Source: an uncultured bacterium (GTDB lineage Bacteria > Acidobacteriota > HRBIN11 > JAKEFK01). From it: a stretch of DNA of 64,000 nt. Shown in pieces: positions 20,536-30,855 of this stretch (positions are counted from its first letter, which is position 1; each line of letters starts with the position of its first letter). Position numbers and translations under genes: made by a program. Under the pieces are notes generated by a model that was given only the letters and a program-made list of their open reading frames with translations, was not told where the DNA came from and did not search any database. The stretch is from NCBI GenBank assembly GCA_963777505.1, contig CAVZQN010000003.1, forward strand, positions 64,001 through 128,000, given 5' to 3'.

Positions 20536-21468
20536 ATGAAGATAATTTCACTCCTTTTCCTCTTGATCGTCTTTTGCGGATGCTTATCGGCTGAACATGA
20601 ACACAAACAATTTTCTGCCCGCACGAACTACTGTCCTCAGTGGTCGCCCGATGGAGGGAAGATCTTATTTTATTCACAAATTGGCGAACGTTGGCAAATC
20701 ATGTCAGTAAATATTGATGGAAGTCATATGTCGCGGTTAAGCAAAAGTGATCATGATGATTTTTACCCGTCGTATTCGCCACGAGGCGACCGAATCCTTT
20801 TTTACTCAAGACGGGATGGAAACGAGGAAATTTATGTTGCAAATTCTGACGGAACTGAGCCGGTACGTTTAACGAACGATCTGAAGAGGGATCGAAATCC
20901 TCGATGGTCACGCAATGGAAAGTACATCGCTTTTGTCTCAACGGATCAAAAAGGTGCGGCGGCGATTGAAATCATGGCGCCAGATGGAAGCGGGCGGACC
21001 CGATTAACAGATGTTTCAAAACATCAAGTTGTATCGAGATTGAGTTGGTCTCCTGATAGCTCGCGCGTGATCACTTATTTTTCCAATGATGGAAAAGAAA
21101 TGAGCGGCGAAAATTTATGGTCACTTTTTTCTATCTCACTGGATGGAAAAAAGGTTGATCAGATTGATGATGCATGGCGAAGAGATTCCAATCCAGATTG
21201 GGGAGATTCCGGTTTGATTCTGTTTGATGCCCACAAGCAAGGTTCGTGGGAATCCGACGATGGAGGCTGGGAGATTTTTTCGACAAAGTCTGGCGGAAAG
21301 AATCGAATGAATCTCACACGGAATGATAAACAAAATGATTGGAGTCCTGCGTGGTCACCGAATGGAAAACAGATTGCGTATTGTTCGGGAATGGATGATC
21401 GTTACGAAATCTTCGTTATGAATGCCGATGGCTCCAATCCCCGCCGCCTTACATTCAACGTCCGATAA
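20536..21468 (+). CDS. Secreted TolB-like (PD40 repeat) beta-propeller
   Basis: Repeated PxWSPDG/WSPNG and EIYV.N.DG motifs; signal peptide. Confidence 0.88.
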   Translation: MKIISLLFLLIVFCGCLSAEHEHKQFSARTNYCPQWSPDGGKILFYSQIGERWQIMSVNIDGSHMSRLSKSDHDDFYPSYSPRGDRILFYSRRDGNEEIYVANSDGTEPVRLTNDLKRDRNPRWSRNGKYIAFVSTDQKGAAAIEIMAPDGSGRTRLTDVSKHQVVSRLSWSPDSSRVITYFSNDGKEMSGENLWSLFSISLDGKKVDQIDDAWRRDSNPDWGDSGLILFDAHKQGSWESDDGGWEIFSTKSGGKNRMNLTRNDKQNDWSPAWSPNGKQIAYCSGMDDRYEIFVMNADGSNPRRLTFNVR

Positions 21469-21490
21469 ACTCTGAGCCTTTGCGGTTTAA
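21469..21490 (-). repeat. Family A dispersed repeat, single arm
   Basis: Reverse complement TTAAACCGCAAAGGCTCAGAG between convergent stops. Confidence 0.6.
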
Positions 21491-21492
21491 AT

Positions 21493-23250
21493 TTATTGTC
21501 GCGGGATAACAGGTAAGATCAAACGGGAAGGATGATTCTTGCCGAAATGGATTGTCTGTGTCGCAGGTTGAAGTTTTGATTCCGTCGCAATTTCAGTTCC
21601 TGTATTTGGATTCGGATCATAGTGTGGAGCTTTGCTGCTTGTAATCAGAAAGCGAATGCGGTGTCCTTTCTGGAACAAATTTGATGTATACATCTGGCCG
21701 ATCCGTATCTTATAAACTTCACCCGGTTTCATAAGCTCCTGTTTTTCGAATCCATTGCGATAACGCATTCGAAGAAAGCCAGAATCAAATCCATGAACAT
21801 TAATTGATTTGCCGTCCGGATGGACGTCGGTGACGTTGATCGCAAAATCAGTATCAGGCGCTGAACTGCTGACAAAAAGTTCGGCAGCAACTTCACCGGT
21901 GATTTCAACATCTTCAGTTAATGGCTCAGTTGTATATACAAGCACATCGCTTCTACTTTCAATAGATTTTTGATCGTAGGGCACCGTGTTTTCAAAGTGA
22001 ACATCCCAAACGGGATTTTGTGGATCAAAAGTGTATTGCGATGAACTGTCGTTTTCAGGCGTTTTGGCTATCAACGTTCCTGCTTTTCTATCGCCGCCAA
22101 TGTAGTAAGAAGTTTGAACTGCGCGAGAAAGCGGCCACTCCGACTCTGATCTCCATCGGTTCTCGCCCATAATGAAGATGCTGACAGGTTTCGAATCGCT
22201 GACACACATTTCTCTTAATTCGCAGTCAAAGAATCGGAGATGTTCGTCTTCAAAATCTACACCGGCAGATGGACCGAAGTCTACTTCACCAAACTCTCTT
22301 TTCGAAAGTGTTGGTATCGTATGATTCCATGGACCTAAGATCAATCGCGAATGGGTTCGCGCAATTTCGCTGCCTGCATCTTTGCGCATCCGATTGAAGC
22401 CTTCCGTTGCGCCAATTAATCCATATACAGAATCGTACCAGCCACTGCTTAAAAAGACGGGAGCTTTCATCTTTGAAATTTCATGATCTACGGAAACAAA
22501 ATCCCACCATTCGCTTTTGTCAGGATGAGTCAGCCAGCCATAATACTCAGGTGCATATTTTTTTAACAATGGCATATCAGCAAGCGGACGATACTTATAC
22601 CAGCTTCGTTTTTCTTTATTCCACGACTCTTCCGCTTCCCCTGAATCCCATGTTCCCGTTTTGTCGTTTGCCCGTTTTCTTTTATCCGGAAAAATGTTTG
22701 TTATAAACCAGTCATACCAGGGAAGCGAAAACCCTCCGCCTACATAAAAAAAATGATGACTGCTGATCGGAGTATTGTGCGGTGCTGCCGCTTTTAAATG
22801 CGGTGGATCTTGCGAAAGTGCAAGCCACTGGACAATTCCCCGGTACGATATTCCAAATGTGCCGACTTTGCCGTTGCAATATGGAGACGTGCCGATCCAT
22901 TCAATGACATCGTAGCCATCTTTTTTCTCATTGTGGTACGCACGAAACTCGCCTTCACTCGTGAATCGACCTCTAACATCAACAAGAAATACGATGTAGC
23001 CATTTTTTGCTGCTCTTAAAGGAAACGTAAGTCTCGAATCATACGCATCTTTACCGTACGGTGTTCGTATAACAAGTGCAGGATATTTCCCCTCTTTCAC
23101 AGGACGATAGAGCGTGGCTCCAAGATTGACTCCATCACGCAGCGGGATTCTAATTTCTTCCCGAACGATATTTTGATTTTCGTATTCGTATGCGCTTAAG
23201 AATGGAGTTACTAAAACGATCAGGAAAACGGCTACGCGGAGTTTTTTCAT
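21493..23250 (-). CDS. CocE/NonD family (S15) secreted hydrolase
   Basis: RTPYGK; DVRGRFTSEG; GISYRG nucleophile; GWYD; GPWNH. Start moved to MKKLRVAV (signal peptide). Confidence 0.92.
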   Translation of the reverse strand: MKKLRVAVFLIVLVTPFLSAYEYENQNIVREEIRIPLRDGVNLGATLYRPVKEGKYPALVIRTPYGKDAYDSRLTFPLRAAKNGYIVFLVDVRGRFTSEGEFRAYHNEKKDGYDVIEWIGTSPYCNGKVGTFGISYRGIVQWLALSQDPPHLKAAAPHNTPISSHHFFYVGGGFSLPWYDWFITNIFPDKRKRANDKTGTWDSGEAEESWNKEKRSWYKYRPLADMPLLKKYAPEYYGWLTHPDKSEWWDFVSVDHEISKMKAPVFLSSGWYDSVYGLIGATEGFNRMRKDAGSEIARTHSRLILGPWNHTIPTLSKREFGEVDFGPSAGVDFEDEHLRFFDCELREMCVSDSKPVSIFIMGENRWRSESEWPLSRAVQTSYYIGGDRKAGTLIAKTPENDSSSQYTFDPQNPVWDVHFENTVPYDQKSIESRSDVLVYTTEPLTEDVEITGEVAAELFVSSSAPDTDFAINVTDVHPDGKSINVHGFDSGFLRMRYRNGFEKQELMKPGEVYKIRIGQMYTSNLFQKGHRIRFLITSSKAPHYDPNPNTGTEIATESKLQPATQTIHFGKNHPSRLILPVIPRQ

Positions 23251-23329
23251 ATAGAAAGGGGTTGCTGGCAAATGCATTGTATTCAAAGATGTATTGCTCT
23301 TCAAGAGACACCGGGAATTTTGTAGTGCG

Positions 23330-23402
23330 GCTGGCATCCTGCCGGCTCGTAATAGAAGAGGAAAAGTACGAATAACGAATAGCGAACTCCGAATTACGAA
23401 GA
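23330..23402. repeat. Family B palindrome followed by a heptamer tandem repeat
   Basis: GCTGGCA-TCC-TGCCGGC (23330-23346); ACGAATA ACGAATA GCGAACT CCGAATT ACGAAGA (23368-23402). Confidence 0.65.
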
Positions 23403-23495
23403 GATTCCAGTCAACAGAATCAGAACTAAGTTCCATTTGCGCCGGTTTCATAACAGTGCTGTATGGGATAGAATCCAAGGACGGAGTTTTTCATC

Positions 23496-24044
23496 ATGGC
23501 TGATCAAGATCATTTGATTTTAATTGCAGTCGGACCGGATAAAGTTGGATTGGTTCAAAAGATTTCGGAATTTATTGTGAATCACGGCGGCAATATTGAA
23601 GACAGCAGAATGGCAGTTCTAGCAGGAGAGTTCGCTCAGATTTTGCTCATTACAGGTGAGGAAGAAAACCTGCAGAAAATCTCAAAAGCTACATCCCATC
23701 TCGGTAAGGAAACAGGACTTACAGTCTGGCTAAAAGAGCCTTCAGGTAAAAAGGCTTTGAGACCATCACTTCCGTATCGGCTTGTTGCTTCGTGTATGGA
23801 TCATCCCGGAGTTGTTTACAGGATTACTTCCACATTAAGTCAGTTTGAAGCCAACATCGAATCGATGGAAACACAGACATATCCAGCACCGGTCACAGGT
23901 GTGCCGATGTTCCGTCTGGAAGCGATTGTAACAATTCCTGCGGGTCAGCAAAGAAAGGGTGTACGCGAAGCGCTTTCAGCAATTGAACACGAAGAAAATA
24001 TCGATCTTGAATTTGATCCTGTCACCGACTCCTCAATCTCCTGA
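23496..24044 (+). CDS. GcvR-like tandem ACT domain protein
   Basis: GPDKVGLV...NIEDSRM; DHPGVV...NIESM. Confidence 0.88.
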   Translation: MADQDHLILIAVGPDKVGLVQKISEFIVNHGGNIEDSRMAVLAGEFAQILLITGEEENLQKISKATSHLGKETGLTVWLKEPSGKKALRPSLPYRLVASCMDHPGVVYRITSTLSQFEANIESMETQTYPAPVTGVPMFRLEAIVTIPAGQQRKGVREALSAIEHEENIDLEFDPVTDSSIS

Positions 24045-24599
24045 ATTAACTTTGCGACTTTGTGGTGAAATCTTTTCCGGGAATCGCTTCGCAAGATAAT
24101 AATTCAGTAGAAAAAGTCCTAATGCAGATTCGGCCATTATAAATAACCAGAATTGCCAGTAGTTTGAAAACAATTGTTCCCATTGCATGTAAGGTGCAAA
24201 TGCAACGTTGATGTTGAGTTCTGCAGGCGTAATCCACCGGCTAATTTGCTGAATTATAATTCCGTAAATCAGTGCAGGAATCCATACCATTTTGTTCATT
24301 CCGACTCGTGGCAAACAGATTAAGCCGACTATGAGTGCTCCGATGTGCGAAAGGATACTAGTCAACGGCCAATCTCCATACATCCACGATTCAATCGCCC
24401 ACAATGGCAGCGCAGGGATTAGCCACAAAATTCCTATTTGAGTTAACAACTTCCACCCGCTCAGAATTCCCACTGCAAGCAGCAAGTTATTCAGATTACA
24501 AAGCCATAAAATGTAAGCTGGATAACCTTCATTAGCATGATGAATAAGATGAGCGAGGAAGAAACAAAGCGGAATTATGCCGATCAACCGGTACAGCAT
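24033..24599 (-). CDS. Integral membrane protein; its 3' end contains a family A repeat arm
   Basis: About 6 TM segments; LWLCN; LNINVA; TTCACCACAAAGTCGCAAAG at about 24050-24069 on the minus strand. Confidence 0.75.
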   Translation of the reverse strand: MLYRLIGIIPLCFFLAHLIHHANEGYPAYILWLCNLNNLLLAVGILSGWKLLTQIGILWLIPALPLWAIESWMYGDWPLTSILSHIGALIVGLICLPRVGMNKMVWIPALIYGIIIQQISRWITPAELNINVAFAPYMQWEQLFSNYWQFWLFIMAESALGLFLLNYYLAKRFPEKISPQSRKVNSGD

Positions 24600-24652
24600 T
24601 GATGCAATTGTAGAGGTACAACCTGAACTCGCAAAGTGGTTATAATGAGTCT

Positions 24653-25975
24653 ATGCGAACCAATATTGCCCGGCCAGATGTCTATTTAATGCGTTATGCA
24701 ATCCGAGAAATTGTCGATGTAATGCAAAAGCTTTCCGAAATTGATCCTGAGTATCGTTTTGTCCGTGAAAACATTGGTGATCCGATCGTGAAAGGCTGGC
24801 CTGTACCTGATTTTGTCAAAGATGCCCTGATAGAGGAAATTCAACGAAAAGATAATGCCGTATTCGGTTACAGTCATTCCAGGGGAAATCCAGCGGTGCG
24901 AAAATGGATAGTCGAATATGCGAAACGATTCTCCCCCAATTGTGTGCTCGATTACGAAAATGTTCTATTTACAAATGGACTCGGTTCTGCAATTACGGCT
25001 CTGTATCACATGCTTCCGCGTGGCGCACGCATTCTTCAACCTGCGCCTTGTTATCCTTCACATGCTTCAATGGAATCGTTTGCAGCTGGCGATGAACCCC
25101 TTTTATATAACTTAAGTTCTGCAAATGGATGGCAGCCTGATCTGGATCATATGGAAAAGCAGATCAAGACACATCCTGAGATCGCCGGAATTCTTGTCAT
25201 CAATCCTAATAATCCGACTGGCGCTGTTTATAGCCGCGAAGTCCTTGAAAAAATCGTCCACATTGCTGAAGCAAATCAGCTTGTTGTGATTTCAGATGAA
25301 ATCTATTTCCGTATGATTTACAACGGGAAAAAACATGAGCATTTAAGTGAACTGGCTGCAGGACGCATTCCATTGGTTATTCTAAAAGGGCTTTCAAAGG
25401 ATGTTCCCTGGCCTGGAAGCCGTTGCGGATGGATTGAATTTCATAATACCGATATTGATCCGACATATCGTGCGTATACTGAGGCCGTTAAAAAGCGGAT
25501 CCTTCTGGAAGTTTGTTCCACAACAATGCCGCAAATGGTGATTCCGAAGATTTATGATCATCCGAAGTATGAAGGATGGTTGCAACAAAACAATGCAGCG
25601 CTTCAAGCAAATGGAAATCGGATTGCAGAACTTCTTTCAAATGCACCAGGCCTGAATGTTCATCACCCAGATGGCGCTTTTTATATGATGCCGCTTTTTA
25701 AGAATGGAGTTCTAAATCAACGCCAAACTTTGCCGATCAGGAATCCAAAAGCTCGCGCATTTATTGAATCAGAACTTTCAAAAGGTGAAATTCCTGTGGA
25801 TAAGCGCTTCACTTATTATTTGTTAGCATCAACAGGAATTTGTATGGTGCCTGCTTCAGGCTTTAACTGCTCTGAATCAGGATTCCGTTTAACCACTTTG
25901 GAACGGAATCCTGAACTTCGAGATGATACCTATAGCCGTGTTTCCAAGGCCATTGCTGAATACATCAATTCCTGA
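24653..25975 (+). CDS. Class I/II PLP aminotransferase (Ala/Tyr aminotransferase-like)
   Basis: NIGDP; NPNNPTG; SDEIY; GLSKDVPWPGSRCGW. Confidence 0.9.
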   Translation: MRTNIARPDVYLMRYAIREIVDVMQKLSEIDPEYRFVRENIGDPIVKGWPVPDFVKDALIEEIQRKDNAVFGYSHSRGNPAVRKWIVEYAKRFSPNCVLDYENVLFTNGLGSAITALYHMLPRGARILQPAPCYPSHASMESFAAGDEPLLYNLSSANGWQPDLDHMEKQIKTHPEIAGILVINPNNPTGAVYSREVLEKIVHIAEANQLVVISDEIYFRMIYNGKKHEHLSELAAGRIPLVILKGLSKDVPWPGSRCGWIEFHNTDIDPTYRAYTEAVKKRILLEVCSTTMPQMVIPKIYDHPKYEGWLQQNNAALQANGNRIAELLSNAPGLNVHHPDGAFYMMPLFKNGVLNQRQTLPIRNPKARAFIESELSKGEIPVDKRFTYYLLASTGICMVPASGFNCSESGFRLTTLERNPELRDDTYSRVSKAIAEYINS

Positions 25976-25992
25976 ACTTCAAAGCGCAAAGA

Positions 25993-28380
25993 TTAATTCG
26001 CACCTTCTGTGAATGTGACTTTGCGATTTCCTGCGACATCGTTGTGAGCTTCCTGTCTACCGCTAGGCCAGATGATAATAATGTTCGCTGTAGTTGAAGC
26101 CCCAAGTCCAAATTCCAGAGGCAATGTATCCTGGCTATTTCCATTTCCAGCAGTAACAACAGCAGCTTGCAGGATAATACCTGTCCGCACAATCACTTTG
26201 GCTCCAATTGCTGAACGATTACTTGTGGTGCCTTGAAGTGTGATTGTGATCCAATTGTTGCCGCCGCCTCCTAAATTCTGAAACACTGAATCGCCGCTAT
26301 CCGCTCCACCATCGCTATCGCCGATAGCAACATCCGAATCTCCGTCGTTGTCAGTGTCTCCGGAACCTGATGAAGTAGGATCATCGGCATTACTAAGATC
26401 AACGTTTGTAATCCGATTAAATCTGCCTCCACCAACGTTGCTAAATAGCAGATTACCGCCTGCAGATTGAGTGATAATTACGTCGAGATCGCCGTCATGA
26501 TCATAATCGGAGAAGGTTGCAGCACGCCCCTTCTTGGGTCCGGTCAGTCCTGCTGCACCTGCAACATTTTGAAATTTACCATTTCCCTGATTCCTGAACA
26601 TGAGTGATGGACCATTGTTATTTACAACAAACAAATCAACGTCTTCATCTCCATCATAATCAATTGCAGCAGCGTGCTGAGAAGCTCCGGAAAATCCAAC
26701 CCCTGCAGAGGCTGTTGCATCGCGAAATGTTTCATTTCCATTGTTGAGATACAGTTTGTTCGGCTTTTGGAAATTCACAACATACAAATCCTGGAATCCA
26801 TCATTGTTAAAGTCGGCCGATACGGCTCCTCTGCCGGGCCCGGTAAAATTGACGTGCGCTGCGTTTGCAACGTTAACGAATTGGAATGCTCCAACATTTT
26901 TGAAGAGCTGATTTGGCGCACCTTCTTTTACAACGAAGATATCGAGCCGGCTATCATTATTAAAATCAAACCAGATTCCGCCGCGAGATTTGGGAGTGTT
27001 ATCGGTTGCAAAAATACCAAGCGATCCGCCTTGATTTGCAAATACACCATTATTGTTTTTCAAAACAGCCGATGGGGCGTTGAAATTCGCAATAAATGCA
27101 TCGAGATCTCCGTCATTATCAACATCAGCCCATGAGACTCCACGTGCATCTGCGCCATTATTTCCAAGCTTGTTTTGATTTGTGGAATTCGCAAACACAG
27201 CACCGCCTGTGTTTTTGCACATTAAATTTCCGTCAAAGCCTGTTAAATAGAGATCTTCTTTGCCATCTTTATCAAAATCGATCAATTGAATTGCGCTTGT
27301 TTTGTTGGGATTGCCAATGATTTTGGAGCGCAAAGTACGGTCCGCAAAACCAAACGCGCCTTTTTGTGCAGAAGCTAAAATCGTAATTTGAAGTCTAGCT
27401 TCGTCCGGATCATTGCTGTTGATGATGTACTTCTTATTTATGTTGCCCACAATGTCTGCGATGAACTTAAGAGCAACCGTCGCATTTTTACCAGGTTGAA
27501 TTCTTAGATTTGAAGGCGTCGATGTTAAGAATGCGTCGGAAGGCATCGTAACTTGAAGTTCTGTTCGACCGGTGTTTGAAACTGTAATGTTTTGAGTTTT
27601 GAAAGTTCCGGCATCCATCGTCCCATAAGGAATTGTCGCGGGTGAAACTGAAATATCAGGATTTCCTGCTGATCCCGATCCGGACACAGAAACCGAACCT
27701 ACAGTTTGAGAACCTACTTTAACTGATAAAGTACCGTTGAATGATCCTGATCTATTTGGTCTGAATGCAACAGCCACACTTACTTCGGAACCCGCGCCCA
27801 GGTTTCTAGGAAATGAAGGTGAAGTTACATCAAATGCACTGTTGTTGCTGCTGACATCACTAATTGAGACCGCAGATGAACCGTTATTTTCAATCGTAAA
27901 ATTTTCTGTAGAAGATGATCCGACACTCACCTCACCGAAATTGATTGAGCCAGGACGTACATCGATGTCTTCACCGCCCCCGCCTCCTTCAATGCCTCTG
28001 CCGGCAACATCGATATCGACATTTCCACCGGATGTTTTTACACGGATTCTGGAAGAGAACGGAATTGCTTGATTCGGAGTGAATCGAACCTGAATTATTC
28101 TACTTTCGCCACTATCAAGACAGAAAGGCGAATCGTTATTTAGAATTTCAAATCGACCATTGAGCGAAACGAGTTCAACATTCATTTCAACTTCTGGATC
28201 GACATTTTTTACCTCGAAGGTCTGTATATCACTTGAGGTGCCGACTTCAACTTCACCAAAGTTCAAAGATAGAGGCTTAACCGATGGTGAGCCTGATACA
28301 TCGATACAGGGCTGGGATGAAACTATTGGGCTATATAAAATGGCGAGAAATAGAATAACAAGAGCAAGACTTCGTCTCAT
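25993..28380 (-). CDS. Secreted protein with three Ig-like (choice-of-anchor D/ASH-like) domains, FG-GAP repeats and ASPIC/UnbV C-terminus
   Basis: GGAGG SD before ATG 28380; FGEV.VG...F.I.N repeats; DxDxDGxxD repeats; SNRSAIGAKV...EFGLG...IIWPSG. Confidence 0.88.
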   Translation of the reverse strand: MRRSLALVILFLAILYSPIVSSQPCIDVSGSPSVKPLSLNFGEVEVGTSSDIQTFEVKNVDPEVEMNVELVSLNGRFEILNNDSPFCLDSGESRIIQVRFTPNQAIPFSSRIRVKTSGGNVDIDVAGRGIEGGGGGEDIDVRPGSINFGEVSVGSSSTENFTIENNGSSAVSISDVSSNNSAFDVTSPSFPRNLGAGSEVSVAVAFRPNRSGSFNGTLSVKVGSQTVGSVSVSGSGSAGNPDISVSPATIPYGTMDAGTFKTQNITVSNTGRTELQVTMPSDAFLTSTPSNLRIQPGKNATVALKFIADIVGNINKKYIINSNDPDEARLQITILASAQKGAFGFADRTLRSKIIGNPNKTSAIQLIDFDKDGKEDLYLTGFDGNLMCKNTGGAVFANSTNQNKLGNNGADARGVSWADVDNDGDLDAFIANFNAPSAVLKNNNGVFANQGGSLGIFATDNTPKSRGGIWFDFNNDSRLDIFVVKEGAPNQLFKNVGAFQFVNVANAAHVNFTGPGRGAVSADFNNDGFQDLYVVNFQKPNKLYLNNGNETFRDATASAGVGFSGASQHAAAIDYDGDEDVDLFVVNNNGPSLMFRNQGNGKFQNVAGAAGLTGPKKGRAATFSDYDHDGDLDVIITQSAGGNLLFSNVGGGRFNRITNVDLSNADDPTSSGSGDTDNDGDSDVAIGDSDGGADSGDSVFQNLGGGGNNWITITLQGTTSNRSAIGAKVIVRTGIILQAAVVTAGNGNSQDTLPLEFGLGASTTANIIIIWPSGRQEAHNDVAGNRKVTFTEGAN

Positions 28381-28453
28381 AGTGATCCTCCACGCGGTAA
28401 TTCCTATTCTATCAGCTATTATTCCAATCAGATTATCGTAAAATGCGGTAGTA

Positions 28454-29586
28454 ATGTTGCGTAAAAACTTCTTAGTAACTGTATTTCTTCTTGTAACCTG
28501 CTCTGTAGCCATCGCTTCCTCCTCGCTAGACGACTTTATAACAGCCAAAATGACTGAGGGCAGAATGCCCGGTATCTCCATCGCAATTATCAAAGACGGA
28601 CGAATAGCACTGGTGAACGGATATGGATGGGCTGACATATCACAACAGATTCGTGTTACTCCGGATACGATTTTCATAATGGCGTCAGTTTCGAAAACAA
28701 TTACAGGAACCGCTTTGATGCAGCTTTATGAACAAGGACGCTTACGTCTGGATGAAGACATTAATCGCTATCTTCCGTATCAGGTTCGGAATCCTAGGTT
28801 CAAAACTGTACCAATTACGACACGGCAATTGTTGAGTCATGTTTCTGGAATTCGTGATCGATATGCGGTTTACGATCGTGTGTATTCGATCGGAGATTCG
28901 CCGATTCCACTTGGCGATTTTTTACGAGACTATTTTGTGCCCGGAAGGAAATTTTTTCGGCCATCTAACTTTTATAATTTTGCGCCGGCTAAAAGTTATC
29001 AATACTCCAATATTGGTTCAGCATTGTCAGGTTATGTGGCAGAACGTATCAGCGGAATTGATTTCGGGGAATATTGCAAACAAAACATTTTTAAACCTTT
29101 GAAAATGAATCATTCGGGATGGTATCTGCGCGATGTTCCTGCATCACGTTTAGCTTCGCTTTACGATATTGATTCAAATGGCAGTTTTTTAAACTGCAAC
29201 AGTATGGATATCCTGATTATCCAAACTATCAACTTAGAACAAGCGCGCGTGAACTCTCACGATTTTTGATCGCTCATATGCAGTTTGGTAAGTACGGCAA
29301 TGCAAGAATTCTGAAGCCTGCCACAGTGCGCGAGATGAGAAGAATTCAGTTTCCGGAAGTGGATTCTGCGCAGGGACTCGCGTTTTATTATTACTACGAC
29401 TCCGATGGTTCTGTTTATTTGGGACACAGCGGAATCACCGATGGAACAACAACAGAAATGTGGTTCCGGCCTTCGGATCGTGTTGGCATCATTATGATGA
29501 CCAATCGATGGCTTTATACAACGCAGGAAAATCGTGCGTGGAATGACATCTTCTTCCGTTTAGCTGACGAAGCCAGCTTACTTTAA
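28454..29586 (+). pseudogene. Beta-lactamase-family serine hydrolase split by a frameshift in the T6 run at 29185-29190 (possibly an assembly error)
   Basis: ASVSK, LLSHVSG and YSN lie in the first ORF and GHSG in the second. Adding one T gives KLQQYGYPDYPNYQLRTSARELSRFLIAHM. Confidence 0.85.
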
Positions 29587-29593
29587 CCACAAG

Positions 29594-29643
29594 GGACCGC
29601 AGGCTTCCATGCGATCCTAATGCCGACAAGATGTCCGCGCTCC
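29594..29643. repeat. Family B REP-like inverted pair (degenerate)
   Basis: GGACC-GCAGGCTTCC... and GCCGACA-AGA-TGTCCGC-GCTCC between convergent stops. Confidence 0.7.
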
Positions 29644-30102
29644 TTATTCTTTTAATTTCTCCAGAACTTTTTCGGTATGCCCATCGACTTTTACTTTTGG
29701 AAAGATGTGTGCAATTTTTCCTTCTTCATCGATTATGAATGTCGTGCGTTCAACACCCATCATCTTTTTGCCATACATATTCTTTTCTTTCCAAACATCA
29801 TACTTTTGAATCGTCTCGCGATCGGGATCACTCAACAGTGGAAAGTTTAATTTGTATTTGGTTTTGAATTTTTGATGTGATGGAACGGAGTCCGCACTGA
29901 CTCCCAGTACCACTGCACCTGCTTTGCGCAAGGCACTCGAATTTTCTGTAAAACTGCACGCTTCTTTTGTACAGCCGGGAGTATCATCCTTGGGGTAGAA
30001 ATACAGTACGACTTTTTTCCCAGCAAAATCTTTTAAAGTGATATTTTTCCCTTCATCCGACTGAAGTGAAAATGATGGAGCTTTTGATCCAACTTTTAAC
30101 AT
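29644..30102 (-). CDS. bcp: Thioredoxin-dependent peroxiredoxin BCP
   Basis: [16 protein letters not shown]. Confidence 0.96.
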   Translation of the reverse strand: MLKVGSKAPSFSLQSDEGKNITLKDFAGKKVVLYFYPKDDTPGCTKEACSFTENSSALRKAGAVVLGVSADSVPSHQKFKTKYKLNFPLLSDPDRETIQKYDVWKEKNMYGKKMMGVERTTFIIDEEGKIAHIFPKVKVDGHTEKVLEKLKE

Positions 30103-30141
30103 ATTTTTGTTCCTTTGTTTTTGATTTTTGATCTTTCATTT

Positions 30142-30705
30142 TTAATTTTTGATTGTGTCTGACTTGTATACATAAATCTTTGTTTTGTTTAAATCATTAA
30201 CAGGTACAACTTTTGTTGGTTTCCAATCTGGAAATGTAAACGTGTTGCTTAAAATCCACACACCTGGTTTTAATTCCGTTTCGAGTTTTGACTTCAAGTT
30301 TCGCATTCCATTCCTATACAAATACACAACCACTGAAGATGCATCAACAACTGATGTTTTCAAAATGTCTTCCCGGCGAAAACTAAGATTCGGAATTCTA
30401 TACAGCATCCTCAAGAAACGCGAAATCCAAAATGGCACGGGTGAAGATTCAACACCGATTACGGCAGAATTTGGGAAACGTTTTGCGATCGCAATAGCCA
30501 GGGTTCCCAAGCCTGAGCCAAGGTCAAATATAAGACGTCCAGGGTCATCTGGTAGATTCTGCAGAATGCATCTGGATTGAAGTCTGCTTGTTGGCATGGG
30601 CACGATTCCATTTTTAATCGACCAGATCATGACAGAGAGGAGGATTCCCACTGGTACAAGAATGCCCAGCAGCCGAAAAAGAACCATGCCATCCAACAAC
30701 ATCAT
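30142..30705 (-). CDS. Membrane-anchored class I SAM-dependent methyltransferase
   Basis: N-terminal TM; GIVPMPT; DLGSGLG; VVYLY. Start moved to avoid overlap with ada. Confidence 0.82.
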   Translation of the reverse strand: MMLLDGMVLFRLLGILVPVGILLSVMIWSIKNGIVPMPTSRLQSRCILQNLPDDPGRLIFDLGSGLGTLAIAIAKRFPNSAVIGVESSPVPFWISRFLRMLYRIPNLSFRREDILKTSVVDASSVVVYLYRNGMRNLKSKLETELKPGVWILSNTFTFPDWKPTKVVPVNDLNKTKIYVYKSDTIKN

Positions 30706-30855
30706 ATTTTCCTTCGAGATTCCTTTGACTCGGCGAATTCGGCTTAAAAAATCACTAGTTTGCCTGCAAGAATCGGACTTTTTTTGTCCTTGTGTGAGTT
30801 TACTATCAGACGTGTTGCAGAGAAATAATCTCACGCGATAATTAGGAGGTAGGAA

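Noticed and set aside
26674-28441. Plus-strand ORFs opposite the FG-GAP gene, and similar antisense ORFs across the window
   Set aside because: They are shadow frames of well-supported genes on the other strand.
28381-28677. Long N-terminal extensions in ORF-track calls (28677, 31011, 23478, 59633, 51615)
   Set aside because: They overlap real genes or repeats; downstream starts have SD sequences or signal peptides.
29183-29194. Programmed -1 frameshift at T_TTA_AAC / T_TTT_TTA, which would exactly restore the serine hydrolase frame
   Set aside because: No clear stimulatory structure or internal SD was seen, the truncated product has no obvious role, and other indels in the window point to a homopolymer error.
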